Below are positions 50,824 to 60,215 of a stretch of 64,000 nt of DNA, in pieces; positions within the stretch are counted from its first letter, which is position 1, and each line of letters opens with the position of its first letter. Position numbers and translations under genes: made by a program. The DNA is taken from assembly GCA_028821605.1 (NCBI GenBank), contig JAPPFM010000038.1, positions 12,837 through 76,836 on the forward strand, in the 5' to 3' direction. The notes below the pieces were generated by a model that worked only from the letters and a program-made list of their open reading frames with translations, was not told the origin of the DNA and ran no database searches. The DNA comes from Candidatus Poribacteria bacterium. Its GTDB lineage: Bacteria; Poribacteria; WGA-4E; WGA-3G.

Positions 50824-52110
50824 TCATCTATCAACAGTTCGTTTTCCGCCTTCTATTGATAATAGAAACTTTTTACCGTCATCGCTCATCTCACTATCGT
50901 TGGTTTCTTCCGTTTTCTCCTCTAATTTCCGCTTGAGAATCGGATAAGAATCCACAATTGGAACCTCGCTGAGGGATGTCAAAGCCGGTTTTTGTCCTTC
51001 CGCTTTTTCAGTTGCCTCAGCGAGTCGCTCACTTTTTTTAGCAAGGTATGCTGCATCTCGCGCTTTGAAATCTGGGAGAACTTGTTCAGCAAACAGTTCC
51101 AACGATTCACAGATATCCTCATGACGGTTCGCGCCAGCCTGCTGAATGAAGACGACTTGGTCCACGCCAGCATCTTCCATTATCTCTAAGTGTTCACGGA
51201 CCTGGTCTGGTGTGCCAATGCCTGCTCTACCCTCAGCTGGATCCTGTGTTGTTTGTCTATAAAGCTGCCAAATATCCGTTTCCCCTGGTATTTGCGAGCC
51301 ATTATGATAGTAATGCGCGAGCGCGAATCGGAAGAAACGCAAACCATCTAAACCGCGAGCGACAGCAGTCTCTTCATTATTATGACATGAAAACCCTGAT
51401 ACCATGGCGATGTTTGGGTTCACCCGCTGCGTGAGAGGTTCACACTCCTTCTCGAAAATTTCATAATACTCTTCTACCCAGAATTTTGCTTCCTCTGCAT
51501 CGACAAATGCGAAGGTTAATGCACCGAGTCCATATTTGGCAGCATATCGAAGACTATCGCGGCTGGAACACGCCACCCACGGTGGTGGATGTGGCATCTG
51601 CAGCGGTTTTGGCACGACATTACGGGGTGGCATCGAAAAGTACTGTCCGTCATAGCCTGAATAAGGCGATTGTGTCATCATTTTCGCCGTTTCACGCGTG
51701 CATTCTGCCCACATCTCGCGCTTACATTTCGGGTCAACATTGAACCCACCGAGTTCTATATGCGAGGCGGATTCTCCCGTTCCCCACTCCACACGTCCAT
51801 CTGAGACCAAGTCGAGTGTGGCAATACGTTCAGCGACGCGTGCTGGATGATTGTATGCCGGAGGCATCAGCACGATCCCGTGTCCTAACCGAATTTGTGT
51901 TGTCCGCTGGCTACACGCTGCGAGAAATACCTCCGGTGCAGAAGAGTGTGAATACTCCTCAAGGAAATGGTGTTCAACTTCCCAGATATAGTCAAATCCG
52001 AGTGTGTCAGCCAGTTCTACCTGCGCTAACGCATCTTGAAAGAGTTTATGTTCTGCGCCGTCCTGCCATGGGCGTGGAATCTGATGTTCATAAAACAGCC
52101 CAAATTTCAT
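50824..52110 (-). CDS. LLM-class (luciferase-like) flavin-dependent oxidoreductase with C-terminal extension
   Basis: MKFGLFYEHQ…DTLGFDYIWEVEHHF… TIM-barrel signature. Confidence 0.8.
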   Translation of the reverse strand: MKFGLFYEHQIPRPWQDGAEHKLFQDALAQVELADTLGFDYIWEVEHHFLEEYSHSSAPEVFLAACSQRTTQIRLGHGIVLMPPAYNHPARVAERIATLDLVSDGRVEWGTGESASHIELGGFNVDPKCKREMWAECTRETAKMMTQSPYSGYDGQYFSMPPRNVVPKPLQMPHPPPWVACSSRDSLRYAAKYGLGALTFAFVDAEEAKFWVEEYYEIFEKECEPLTQRVNPNIAMVSGFSCHNNEETAVARGLDGLRFFRFALAHYYHNGSQIPGETDIWQLYRQTTQDPAEGRAGIGTPDQVREHLEIMEDAGVDQVVFIQQAGANRHEDICESLELFAEQVLPDFKARDAAYLAKKSERLAEATEKAEGQKPALTSLSEVPIVDSYPILKRKLEEKTEETNDSEMSDDGKKFLLSIEGGKRTVDR

Positions 52111-52212
52111 TTTTTAATTACACCTTTACGAGCTACGATCCTGAAAAAATCCATGAAAACGCACAACCTAACAGGTTATGCTACAAGTGCCCTGAAATCA
52201 CTCTATCTGCGC

Positions 52213-52986
52213 CTACGTTACGGTATCGAGTGTTTGCATTTCTTCATCGGTCAATTGCCATGCGAAAACATCTAAATTTTCGCGTAAATGCGGCACCGAA
52301 CCCGATTTTGGAATTGTGATAATGTTCTGCTGGACTAACCACCGTAATGCGACTTGTGCTGCAGTCTTTCCGTGCGCTTCTCCGATGCTGCGCAGCACTG
52401 CGTCATTGGCAAGATTTCCGACAGCCAAAGGGCGGTGCGCTGTCATCACTATATCACGCGCGTGGCAGTAGTCTCGCAAATCTGATCGGTTTCTGCGTAC
52501 ATGGTATTCCACCTGATTCGTGCAGATCGGGAGTTCTGAGACCTCACATGCCTCTTCAACCTGAGCAATGCTAAAGTTACTGATGCCAATGCTTTTCACC
52601 TGACCCGCGTCGTAAAGCTTTTGGAATGCATCAAAAGTTTCAGCGACCGGAACAGAGCCGCTCGGATGGTGAATCAATAATAGATCAACATAATCCATTT
52701 GCAAATCGCTAAGGCACTCCTCAAATTGAGCGAGGACCTCAGCGTGTTTGAGATGGGTGTGCCAAATTTTAGTCGTGAGGAACACTTCCTCACGATCAAT
52801 GTTAGTATCGCGAAGTGCTTTCCCGATTTCGCGCTGGTTTTGATACATCCATGCCGTGTCAATATGCGTATAGCCTAATGCGATAGCTTCCTTGACGATG
52901 CGTTCACACTGCCTGCCTTTTAGCTGCCAGGTTCCTAAACCGAATATAGGCGTTTCATGTCCTGATGCAAGTTTGATGTTTTTCAT
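52213..52986 (-). CDS. Aldo/keto reductase (2,5-diketo-D-gluconate reductase-like)
   Basis: GLGTWQ, AWMYQNQREIGKAL and LTTKIW motifs; start moved to the ATG at 52986. Confidence 0.85.
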   Translation of the reverse strand: MKNIKLASGHETPIFGLGTWQLKGRQCERIVKEAIALGYTHIDTAWMYQNQREIGKALRDTNIDREEVFLTTKIWHTHLKHAEVLAQFEECLSDLQMDYVDLLLIHHPSGSVPVAETFDAFQKLYDAGQVKSIGISNFSIAQVEEACEVSELPICTNQVEYHVRRNRSDLRDYCHARDIVMTAHRPLAVGNLANDAVLRSIGEAHGKTAAQVALRWLVQQNIITIPKSGSVPHLRENLDVFAWQLTDEEMQTLDTVT

Positions 52987-53143
52987 AATACCTTCATGAT
53001 ATATGATGCGAAAAAAAAAGTCAAGTGGTAAGAACAAGTCTACTGATTTCTTGATTATCCTTTGACCTTGTTGCGAAGATGTTATACAATTCCATATAGA
53101 CACAGCAGCGTTAGCGACTTTTTCTCAGAAAAGTCAAAAAAAG

Positions 53144-53172
53144 TTGACAAACATATAGAGATGGTGTATACT
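53144..53172 (+). promoter_or_regulatory. sigma70 promoter (TTGACA-N17-TATACT) for tRNA-Leu
   Basis: Consensus hexamers ~15 nt upstream of the tRNA 5' end. Confidence 0.55.
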
Positions 53173-53187
53173 ATTAACAATATTTGT

Positions 53188-53273
53188 GGTCGAGTGGTGG
53201 AATCGGTAGACACAACGGACTTAAAATCCGTCGCCTGTAAAAAGGTGTGAGGGTTCAAGTCCCTCCTCGACCA
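53188..53273 (+). tRNA. tRNA-Leu (anticodon TAA), no encoded CCA
   Basis: Cloverleaf folded by hand: acceptor GGTCGAG/CTCGACC, anticodon loop cTTAAaa, long variable arm, T-arm GAGGG-TTCAAGT-CCCTC. Confidence 0.85.
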
Positions 53274-53347
53274 TGATTTAGGACCTTGTTCAAAAGGCAG
53301 CCTAACACAGGCAAAACTAAACAGAAGGTCCGTAGTTAAAAACTTGC

Positions 53348-53421
53348 CGCAGGGTAGAGCAGCCAGGTAGCTCGTCGGGCTCATAACCCGGAGGACGGGG
53401 GTTCAAATCCCCCCCCTGCAA
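53348..53421 (+). tRNA. Initiator tRNA-fMet (anticodon CAT) with C1·A72 mismatch
   Basis: Near-identical to the E. coli tRNAfMet core (CGCAGGG…GCAGCCAGGTAGCTCGTCGGGCTCATAACCCG…TTCAAATCC…); three consecutive G-C pairs in the anticodon stem; unpaired 1-72. Confidence 0.85.
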
Positions 53422-53552
53422 TCTTCTTGAACGCTTTCGTGTTTTTCGCAAAAAACACAATTAGATTCAGGAAACCCCACAACTAAGGCATTTTCCCTTT
53501 GTAGATCCTATATCCGACCCTGCTTTTCTGTGCTGCTGCATTTGGAGGTTTT

Positions 53553-55487
53553 ATGGTCATGTCCGATAAGTTATCCGAAGTCTTTGCGGCGAATTATCCG
53601 CGAGAGAATACTGTCTGTTTACCGCCTGGGGCAGTTGCACGACTTGAAAAAGGCGGCATCTCTGATATCGCTGTATCTCCAGACGAAAATCTGATTGCTA
53701 TAGCCTCCCGTCTTGGTGTATGGCTCTATGATGCCCACACTAAAGAATTCGTGTCGTTAGTAGCTGTTGAAGGGACCGGACTCCTGTCAAAAGTTGTTTT
53801 TTCGCCTGACGGCACCCGAATCGCTGTCGGAGATTGGGACGGTAAAACAACACTCTGGGATATCAATACTGAGACAGCACTTGCCACCTACACCCATAAA
53901 GATTACGTGACTTCAATTACATTTTCTCCCAATGGTAAATCTATCGCTATCAGCAGTAGGGACGCGACAGCGACGCTCTGGGATGTTGAGACCGGAACTA
54001 CTATCTTTACCGTCACTCACCAAGGTTCTGTGACTTCAACAGTTTTCTCGCCAGATGGCACGCTTTTAGCCACCAGTAGCAGCGACGCGACGGCGACACT
54101 CTGGGATATTGACACAGAAGAAATCCGCTGGACTTTCACACATGAAAGACAAGAGAAATCTGTAACATTCGACTCAGGGCATGTTGAGACGTTCAACAGA
54201 GGTGGAATAGGGGACATCGCTTTTTCTCTGGATGGAAAGTATTTCGCGACCGCTGGTCAGCATATGGATTATTCCGCAGCACTCTGGGACGTTGAGACTG
54301 GGCAACAACTTTGGTGTGTTACCCATGAAAAACGGATTGATGCTGTTGCGTTTTCTCCGGATGGTACATCCATAGCAACATACCATGAGGACGACACTGT
54401 CAACGTGTTATGTGTTGCAGATGGCATCCTGATACCGCCTGCTATTCACGTGAAGAAGTGGAGGAAAATAAAAAGAAACCTGTCTATAGATCATGATGAG
54501 GATGGCTGGGGGCGAAGGGTTCGATTTTCACCAGATGGAAAACACCTTGCAGAACTTAAAATGGCGGGTAATTCACTTATATTGTGGGATGTCAACACTG
54601 GCAAAAATATCAAGGAGCTTAAGGGAGGTGACGGATCGGCACGGACCCTTGTATTTTCTCCAGAAGGGCATTGCCTTGGGTTGAGTTGTACCGCTTATCC
54701 AGAGTATGATACCATTGAATTGTGGGATGAAGAAAAGCGCGCCAGTTTCACACATAGCGGGCTTGTTGATACCGTCGCGATGTCACCGGATGGGACGTTT
54801 TTAGCGACAGGTGGCAGGGATAAAACCGTCAAACTTTGGCATGTAGAGACACAGGAATGCCTTCAAACCCTATCGGGGCATATAGGGCGCATCCTATCCC
54901 TCGCGTTCTCACCTGATGGAGCCCTCTTGGTCAGTGGCGGTGGTGACAACTGGGAAAAGCGAACACATGCAGATGGTACAACTTTCTTTTTTTCTGCTGG
55001 CGATAGTCCTGTTGACAGAACTGCAAGGGTGTGGGAAGTTGCTACCGGGGAAAATATTGCCACACTTGAAAGTTCTGGGATGGTCAGAGGGATCTCGTTT
55101 TCACCGGATGGAAAGTGCTTCGCGACAGGGGCAAACAACAAAACTGTTACCTTGTGGTGTCCAAAGACGTGGCAACCGATTGCTACGCTTGATACGGTCA
55201 GCTTTGAATCCTTCGCGTTTTCACCCGACAGCAGCCAACTCGTTATCGGCGGAACGTGGCCAGAGCAGCGGATTCAGATATGGGATGTAGAAACTCGGGA
55301 GCTTATCGTTGAGTTGTCAGGGCATAAAAGCGACGTTGAATCTCTTGCCTTTTCACCGGATAGTCGCCTGCTTGCGAGCGGTGGGTTTGATGGGCTTATC
55401 TATTTGTGGGATATAGCTTCTTACCAAAGTTATGAGGGTAAAAGCCTCGCCTTTCAAGACGCAGATAAAGAAAAGGAAAGAATTTGA
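53553..55487 (+). CDS. WD40-repeat beta-propeller protein (no sigma domain)
   Basis: ≥12 WD40 units (SPDG…LAT.S.D.TA.LWDV); RBS GGAGG. Confidence 0.85.
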   Translation: MVMSDKLSEVFAANYPRENTVCLPPGAVARLEKGGISDIAVSPDENLIAIASRLGVWLYDAHTKEFVSLVAVEGTGLLSKVVFSPDGTRIAVGDWDGKTTLWDINTETALATYTHKDYVTSITFSPNGKSIAISSRDATATLWDVETGTTIFTVTHQGSVTSTVFSPDGTLLATSSSDATATLWDIDTEEIRWTFTHERQEKSVTFDSGHVETFNRGGIGDIAFSLDGKYFATAGQHMDYSAALWDVETGQQLWCVTHEKRIDAVAFSPDGTSIATYHEDDTVNVLCVADGILIPPAIHVKKWRKIKRNLSIDHDEDGWGRRVRFSPDGKHLAELKMAGNSLILWDVNTGKNIKELKGGDGSARTLVFSPEGHCLGLSCTAYPEYDTIELWDEEKRASFTHSGLVDTVAMSPDGTFLATGGRDKTVKLWHVETQECLQTLSGHIGRILSLAFSPDGALLVSGGGDNWEKRTHADGTTFFFSAGDSPVDRTARVWEVATGENIATLESSGMVRGISFSPDGKCFATGANNKTVTLWCPKTWQPIATLDTVSFESFAFSPDSSQLVIGGTWPEQRIQIWDVETRELIVELSGHKSDVESLAFSPDSRLLASGGFDGLIYLWDIASYQSYEGKSLAFQDADKEKERI

Positions 55488-55557
55488 CTTTTTTTCTCAT
55501 ATATGTTATACTTAATATAGATTTTAGGGTAAAGTTTATAAGCCTATCCAGACGCGT

Positions 55558-55631
55558 GCCGGTGTAGCTCAGTGGTTTAGAGCACACGACTCATAATCGT
55601 GCTGTCCGGAGTTCGAATCTCCGCACCGGCA
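55558..55631 (+). tRNA. tRNA with CAT anticodon (elongator Met or lysidine-dependent Ile2), 77 nt upstream of tilS
   Basis: Cloverleaf by hand: acceptor GCCGGTG/CACCGGC, anticodon stem-loop CACGA-CTCATAA-TCGTG, T-arm CGGAG-TTCGAAT-CTCCG. The G30-C40 pair is like E. coli Ile2 rather than elongator Met. Confidence 0.8.
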
Positions 55632-55707
55632 TTGCCTTTTTGGTGCAGTTAGCAACCCAGTTAATATTCAAATGGTAGAACTTGCTGTGCAAAAATAGGC
55701 GCACCTC

Positions 55708-57180
55708 ATGACAGCCCACTTCGTGCGACAGATGCACCGCTTCATTTTGCGGCACGCAATGATCGAGAATGGCGAAACGGTAATTGTTGCAGTCTCTGGC
55801 GGTGCGGATTCTCTCGCACTCCTATACGGTTTGCATGCCTTACGTACCCAACTCAATTGTCAACTTCATGTCGCTCATTTAAATCACTGTCTTCGCCCGG
55901 AGGCGGATGCAGATGCGGACTTTGTCCAGCAGCACGCAACACACTTAGAATTGCCGTGTACCATCCGACATGCTGAGGTGCCTCTTTTGATGAAGCAGTG
56001 GAAACTTTCTGTAGAGGCAAGCGCGCGCAGGGCACGGTATCAATTTTATGAAGATGTCTGCACACAAATTCGCGCGACCAAAGTGGCTTTGGGACACCAT
56101 CGGGACGATACTGCTGAGACGGTTTTGATGAACCTCATCCGTGGGAGCGGAACTACTGGATTGAAAGGTATTGCCCCTGTTAGAGATGTCAAGTTTATTC
56201 GACCGCTCGCAGGTTTTACACGGCAACAAATTGAGGTATTTCTTACGTCCGTGGGGCTGGTGCCGCGACAGGATTCAACCAACGCGGATACACGTTACCT
56301 CCGTAACCGTATCCGCCACGAGTTGATTCCGCTACTTAAAAGTGACTACAATCCGAATATCAAGGCTGGATTAAGCCGTACGTCTGATGTGTTGGGTGCT
56401 GAATCAGAATATCTCGATACCGTTACACAAGAGGCATTTGAGGCGAGTCGGATACGAGACTCAGCTAAAATTGACGCACTGGCAACATCGGGAAGTGTTG
56501 CCCTGGACAGAGCAAAATTCCAGCAGTATCACATTGCCATACAGAGGCGAATACTGCGGCGGAGTTTCGCTGAAATGTTAGGGTATACGGGCGATCTCTA
56601 TTTCGCGCACTGTGAAACGATGCTAAACCTCATTGAAGGAGACTCGCCCAACACCGTATTGGCACTCCCAAACGGTTTGCGCTTTCGACGGGCATATCAG
56701 TGCCTTATCTTTGAGATAAGCACGGGTGCCATTGAAACCGAGAGTTTTGGGTATCCGCTCGCTGTTCCGGGTAAATCGTCTATCACTGCTTTAAATGCAG
56801 AAATCATCGCAGAACTGGGTGACATCCGATCTCGTGAGGCACTCAATTTACCAGATGGGAAATTTGAAGCAGTGTTTGATTACGAAAAGTTAAAGGAGGC
56901 GTTTGCAAATCTGGCTTCGGAAATACCACCACTCACGATACGTAATCGGCAACAAGGCGATCGGTTTCAGCCATACGGTATGCGCGGAACAAAGAAGATT
57001 AAGGATTTTTTGATAGACGCTAAAGTGCCTCGCTACGAACGCGATCGCATTCCACTACTTGTTTGTGGCGGTGAAATCCTCTGGATCGTTGGCTATACCA
57101 CCAATGAACGGTTCAAGATTCAGCCCGGTACGCAGCAATATCTTTATTTACGTTATGTCAGCGACGAAACCTCTTTCTGA
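55708..57180 (+). CDS. tilS: tRNA(Ile)-lysidine synthetase
   Basis: PP-loop SGGADS; C-terminal substrate-binding block GDRFQPYGM…KKIKDFLID.K.P…R…PLL. Confidence 0.85.
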   Translation: MTAHFVRQMHRFILRHAMIENGETVIVAVSGGADSLALLYGLHALRTQLNCQLHVAHLNHCLRPEADADADFVQQHATHLELPCTIRHAEVPLLMKQWKLSVEASARRARYQFYEDVCTQIRATKVALGHHRDDTAETVLMNLIRGSGTTGLKGIAPVRDVKFIRPLAGFTRQQIEVFLTSVGLVPRQDSTNADTRYLRNRIRHELIPLLKSDYNPNIKAGLSRTSDVLGAESEYLDTVTQEAFEASRIRDSAKIDALATSGSVALDRAKFQQYHIAIQRRILRRSFAEMLGYTGDLYFAHCETMLNLIEGDSPNTVLALPNGLRFRRAYQCLIFEISTGAIETESFGYPLAVPGKSSITALNAEIIAELGDIRSREALNLPDGKFEAVFDYEKLKEAFANLASEIPPLTIRNRQQGDRFQPYGMRGTKKIKDFLIDAKVPRYERDRIPLLVCGGEILWIVGYTTNERFKIQPGTQQYLYLRYVSDETSF

Positions 57181-57718
57181 ATCCGTTCTTATCTCTGAAT
57201 CCCGTCTCCAGAGCCGAATTCAGGAACTCGGTGCTCAGATATTTTCCGATTATGAGGACCAAGAATTGGTCCTGCTTGGTGTGCTCAGGGGAAGTGTTCT
57301 ATTTTTCGCGGATCTTGCACGTGCCATCTTTAGGGCGCAACTTTCGGATCAGGGGAGAGAAGTCGCCCTTCGCTTTGAATTTGTGCAACTTGTGAGTTAC
57401 CATGAAAGCACGAAACCATCAACAGTTCAACTTATCAGTGGTGGCAGTGATTACCTTAAGCAGCGGCATATCCTTATTGTGGAAGACGTTGTTGATACAG
57501 GACGGACTTTGGAGTTCCTACATGAACATCTCCAGACGTTGAATCCAAAGACTATTAAGGTCTGCACACTGCTTGATAAGCCTATTCAACGTCAAGTATC
57601 TGTTTCTGTTGATTATATCGGCTTTGAAATTCCCGATGCTTTCGTTGTTGGATATGGACTTGACTACGCGCAACAGTATCGGAATTTACCCTATATTGCT
57701 GTTTTGGAGTCACCCTAA
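57155..57718 (+). CDS. hpt: Hypoxanthine-guanine phosphoribosyltransferase
   Basis: PRPP-binding loop ILIVEDVVDTGRTL; conserved tilS-hpt adjacency; start set to the internal ATG (26-nt overlap with tilS). Confidence 0.85.
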   Translation: MSATKPLSESVLISESRLQSRIQELGAQIFSDYEDQELVLLGVLRGSVLFFADLARAIFRAQLSDQGREVALRFEFVQLVSYHESTKPSTVQLISGGSDYLKQRHILIVEDVVDTGRTLEFLHEHLQTLNPKTIKVCTLLDKPIQRQVSVSVDYIGFEIPDAFVVGYGLDYAQQYRNLPYIAVLESP

Positions 57719-57844
57719 ATGTCTTTTGGAACGTTGAAGCTGGACAGTGTATAATATTCAGCATAAAATTTCTTCATTTTTTATTGACAATAAATTGTAT
57801 ATTTGATAAGATACTTGGAAATATACATCAAAAGGAGAATCGTA

Positions 57845-58624
57845 ATGCGTAAATTTGTTTTCTTCGCCCTATCTGGCGTTTTAATTACAGCATTCATCTT
57901 TTTTACACAAGCACAAATGTCAGATAAAGCACAACTGGGGCGCGCACTTTTCCACGACCCAACTTTCAAAGGAACAATTAAACCAGGCCCTCCTAAAGCA
58001 GGTTACGCGACTGGGCTTTCCTGTGCAAACTGCCATGCCGATTTCGATGACACGGCGAATCCTGACGGTCTGATTCGCGCAGGGCATAGTGTCGTTGGTG
58101 TTCCACACCGCGGAGAAGCCAAAGGTGGGATGATCAAAGGGGCAGATTTCGCACGCGCAGCGGGTGGTGGTGGCTTCTGTTATGAGCATTTCTTACAGAG
58201 GGTCCCGCATGATAAAGTGAATCCTACCGCAATTCCAGCAGAACACGCCGAAGCGCTCATGGCTTATTTTGAATTTATCTCTAGAGACAACAAAGGTCCC
58301 GAATTTGAAATTGCGATGCTGGATGATACTGCGAAAAAGGCAGCGGGTGAGAAACTCGCCGCGATGAGTGGGGATGCACAAAAGGGATGGGAACTTTTTG
58401 GACGCGCTTGTGTCGTCTGCCATCCGACACCTTACAAAGCCGGGATCGGCACGCAACTTATCCGTTCCAGAGCACCTCGCAATATTGACGCAGCGATAGA
58501 GCGTTGGGCTACTAAAATTCGCGGTGGTGGCTTTCTTATGCCATTCTATGCGCCTGATATCCTCAGTGACCAGGATATCGCTGACATTCTTGCGTTCCTA
58601 CGTCAAGAATTAGAAAATCTATAA
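57845..58624 (+). CDS. Di-haem c-type cytochrome, periplasmic
   Basis: Two CxxCH motifs (CANCH, CVVCH); signal peptide; RBS AAAGGAGA. Confidence 0.7.
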   Translation: MRKFVFFALSGVLITAFIFFTQAQMSDKAQLGRALFHDPTFKGTIKPGPPKAGYATGLSCANCHADFDDTANPDGLIRAGHSVVGVPHRGEAKGGMIKGADFARAAGGGGFCYEHFLQRVPHDKVNPTAIPAEHAEALMAYFEFISRDNKGPEFEIAMLDDTAKKAAGEKLAAMSGDAQKGWELFGRACVVCHPTPYKAGIGTQLIRSRAPRNIDAAIERWATKIRGGGFLMPFYAPDILSDQDIADILAFLRQELENL

Positions 58625-58641
58625 AAAATAAACAAGCGTTT

Positions 58642-58666
58642 AGGCTGGGAAGATTCATCCCAGCCT
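58642..58666 (+). terminator. Hairpin (9-bp stem aggctggga / tcccagcct) downstream of the cytochrome c gene
   Basis: Perfect 9-bp inverted repeat with 7-nt loop 17 nt after the stop; trailing sequence only weakly T-rich. Confidence 0.45.
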
Positions 58667-58807
58667 AACATTCTATTTCCAAGTCTACTTGATTGTTTGT
58701 AACCAAACTCTCTTCTTATTCGTTTTTGTTAGTGGAAATAAATGTCCCATTGGGCATGTCCCGTATAAGTGTTTTTACTGATTTGAATATAAGGAGAGAG
58801 TGGTACC

Positions 58808-59338
58808 ATGAGAGTATATCGATTCCTTGGAGTGTTTCTTTACATTCTGGCAGCAGGTTTCGTATTAAGTTTCGCGAGTTGCGGCGGTAGCAACCTAAAC
58901 AATCCTGTGTCGGAGACAGATACAACGACAGAGGATGGTCAAATCCTTGATGATGTCGTTGAACTTACACAAAACTCAGATGCTGCGGAGAAAACCGAGC
59001 AGGTTACCGATCTTGACGTAAAGATCACCGTTACAAAGAAAACGGTGGAACCTGGCGAAGAGGTGGAACTGACTGCTTCGGTGAAAGGGGTTAGAGGTAC
59101 CAGTGTCACGTTAAACTGGCTGAATATTACCCAGTTTGGGGAACTTTCCGCTTCCAGCGAAAATCCAATTATTTGGACCGCCCCCCAGACACTAAATGGA
59201 CAAAACGTTCAAGTTGAAGTCATTCAACTCGTTGTAACCGTGATTAGTGAGGTTGTTTCGGTCGGAGCCTCTGGAATTGATACCGATACCCAAATTTTTT
59301 CGGAAACAAAAACGGTTTTACTAACCGTTAGAGATTAA
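58808..59338 (+). CDS. Hypothetical lipoprotein
   Basis: Signal peptide with lipobox SFASC. Confidence 0.5.
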   Translation: MRVYRFLGVFLYILAAGFVLSFASCGGSNLNNPVSETDTTTEDGQILDDVVELTQNSDAAEKTEQVTDLDVKITVTKKTVEPGEEVELTASVKGVRGTSVTLNWLNITQFGELSASSENPIIWTAPQTLNGQNVQVEVIQLVVTVISEVVSVGASGIDTDTQIFSETKTVLLTVRD

Positions 59339-59432
59339 TTTGTAAAAGCAAATTCTGTCCTGAAAGCGATGTTCGCTCTGCTTGACATGCAGGTGGAATT
59401 TACTTTTGCTTTATATTATTTTAGGGTATCAA

Positions 59433-60215
59433 ATGAAGTGGAAGTTAATTCATATTTCTATAGCTGTTGTGTTTGTGATGACATTCTCTGGAATGAGATT
59501 AGATGCTGGTGGGCATCAACATCTGGTGAAAAAAGGAGATACGTTGTGGGGCATCTCTCGGAAATACAAAGTCCCACTCAAATCGATTATCAAAGCTAAT
59601 AGCATTCAACCAACAGAATCGTTGCAGATCGGGAAAAAACTGCTGATTCCCGGAGCACCCGTTGAAGGAATTTGGTATCGGGTTAAAGCTGGAGATACGT
59701 TGTGGGGGATCGCACACCGCCATAATGTTGAGGTACGGGACCTTCAGAGAATCAACGGTATCTCTTCACCTCGCAGCCTCCAGATTGGCACAAGAATTCG
59801 TATTCGACAGGATAGTAATCCCGGTTTTGGAAAACCACTTCGGATCCCTCTGGTCGTAACTTCAAAATATGGTTATCGTCCTCACCCGGTGACGGGTCGG
59901 TATCAATTTCATGAAGGTATAGATTTTCGTGCTGCTACAGGTACGCGCGTTTATGCTTCCAAAGCTGGAAGAGTGACTTTTGCTGGTCGGAACGGTGGAT
60001 ACGGTAAAGTCGTAGGCATTGAACATGAAGACGATTTTACCACGTTGTATGGACATTTGTCCCAGATTAGAGTGAAAAAGGGACAAACTGTCTCAAAAGG
60101 GCAAGTAATCGGTCTTTCAGGGAACACAGGTGTTTCAACAGGACCCCATTTACATTTTGAAATCAGGTACAAAGGCAGAAGTGAAAAACCAACTAAATAC
60201 CTTATTATACCGTAA
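59433..60215 (+). CDS. LysM-LysM-M23 peptidoglycan DD-endopeptidase
   Basis: Two LysM units (VKKGDTLWGISRKY…, VKAGDTLWGIAHRH…) and M23 zinc motifs HEGIDF…/GNTG.STGPHLHFE. Confidence 0.85.
   Translation: MKWKLIHISIAVVFVMTFSGMRLDAGGHQHLVKKGDTLWGISRKYKVPLKSIIKANSIQPTESLQIGKKLLIPGAPVEGIWYRVKAGDTLWGIAHRHNVEVRDLQRINGISSPRSLQIGTRIRIRQDSNPGFGKPLRIPLVVTSKYGYRPHPVTGRYQFHEGIDFRAATGTRVYASKAGRVTFAGRNGGYGKVVGIEHEDDFTTLYGHLSQIRVKKGQTVSKGQVIGLSGNTGVSTGPHLHFEIRYKGRSEKPTKYLIIP

Noticed and set aside
57059-57154. N-terminal 32-codon extension of the hpt ORF overlapping tilS
   Set aside because: The extension has no HPRT homology and overlaps tilS by >120 nt; the ATG at 57155 gives a canonical Hpt N-terminus.
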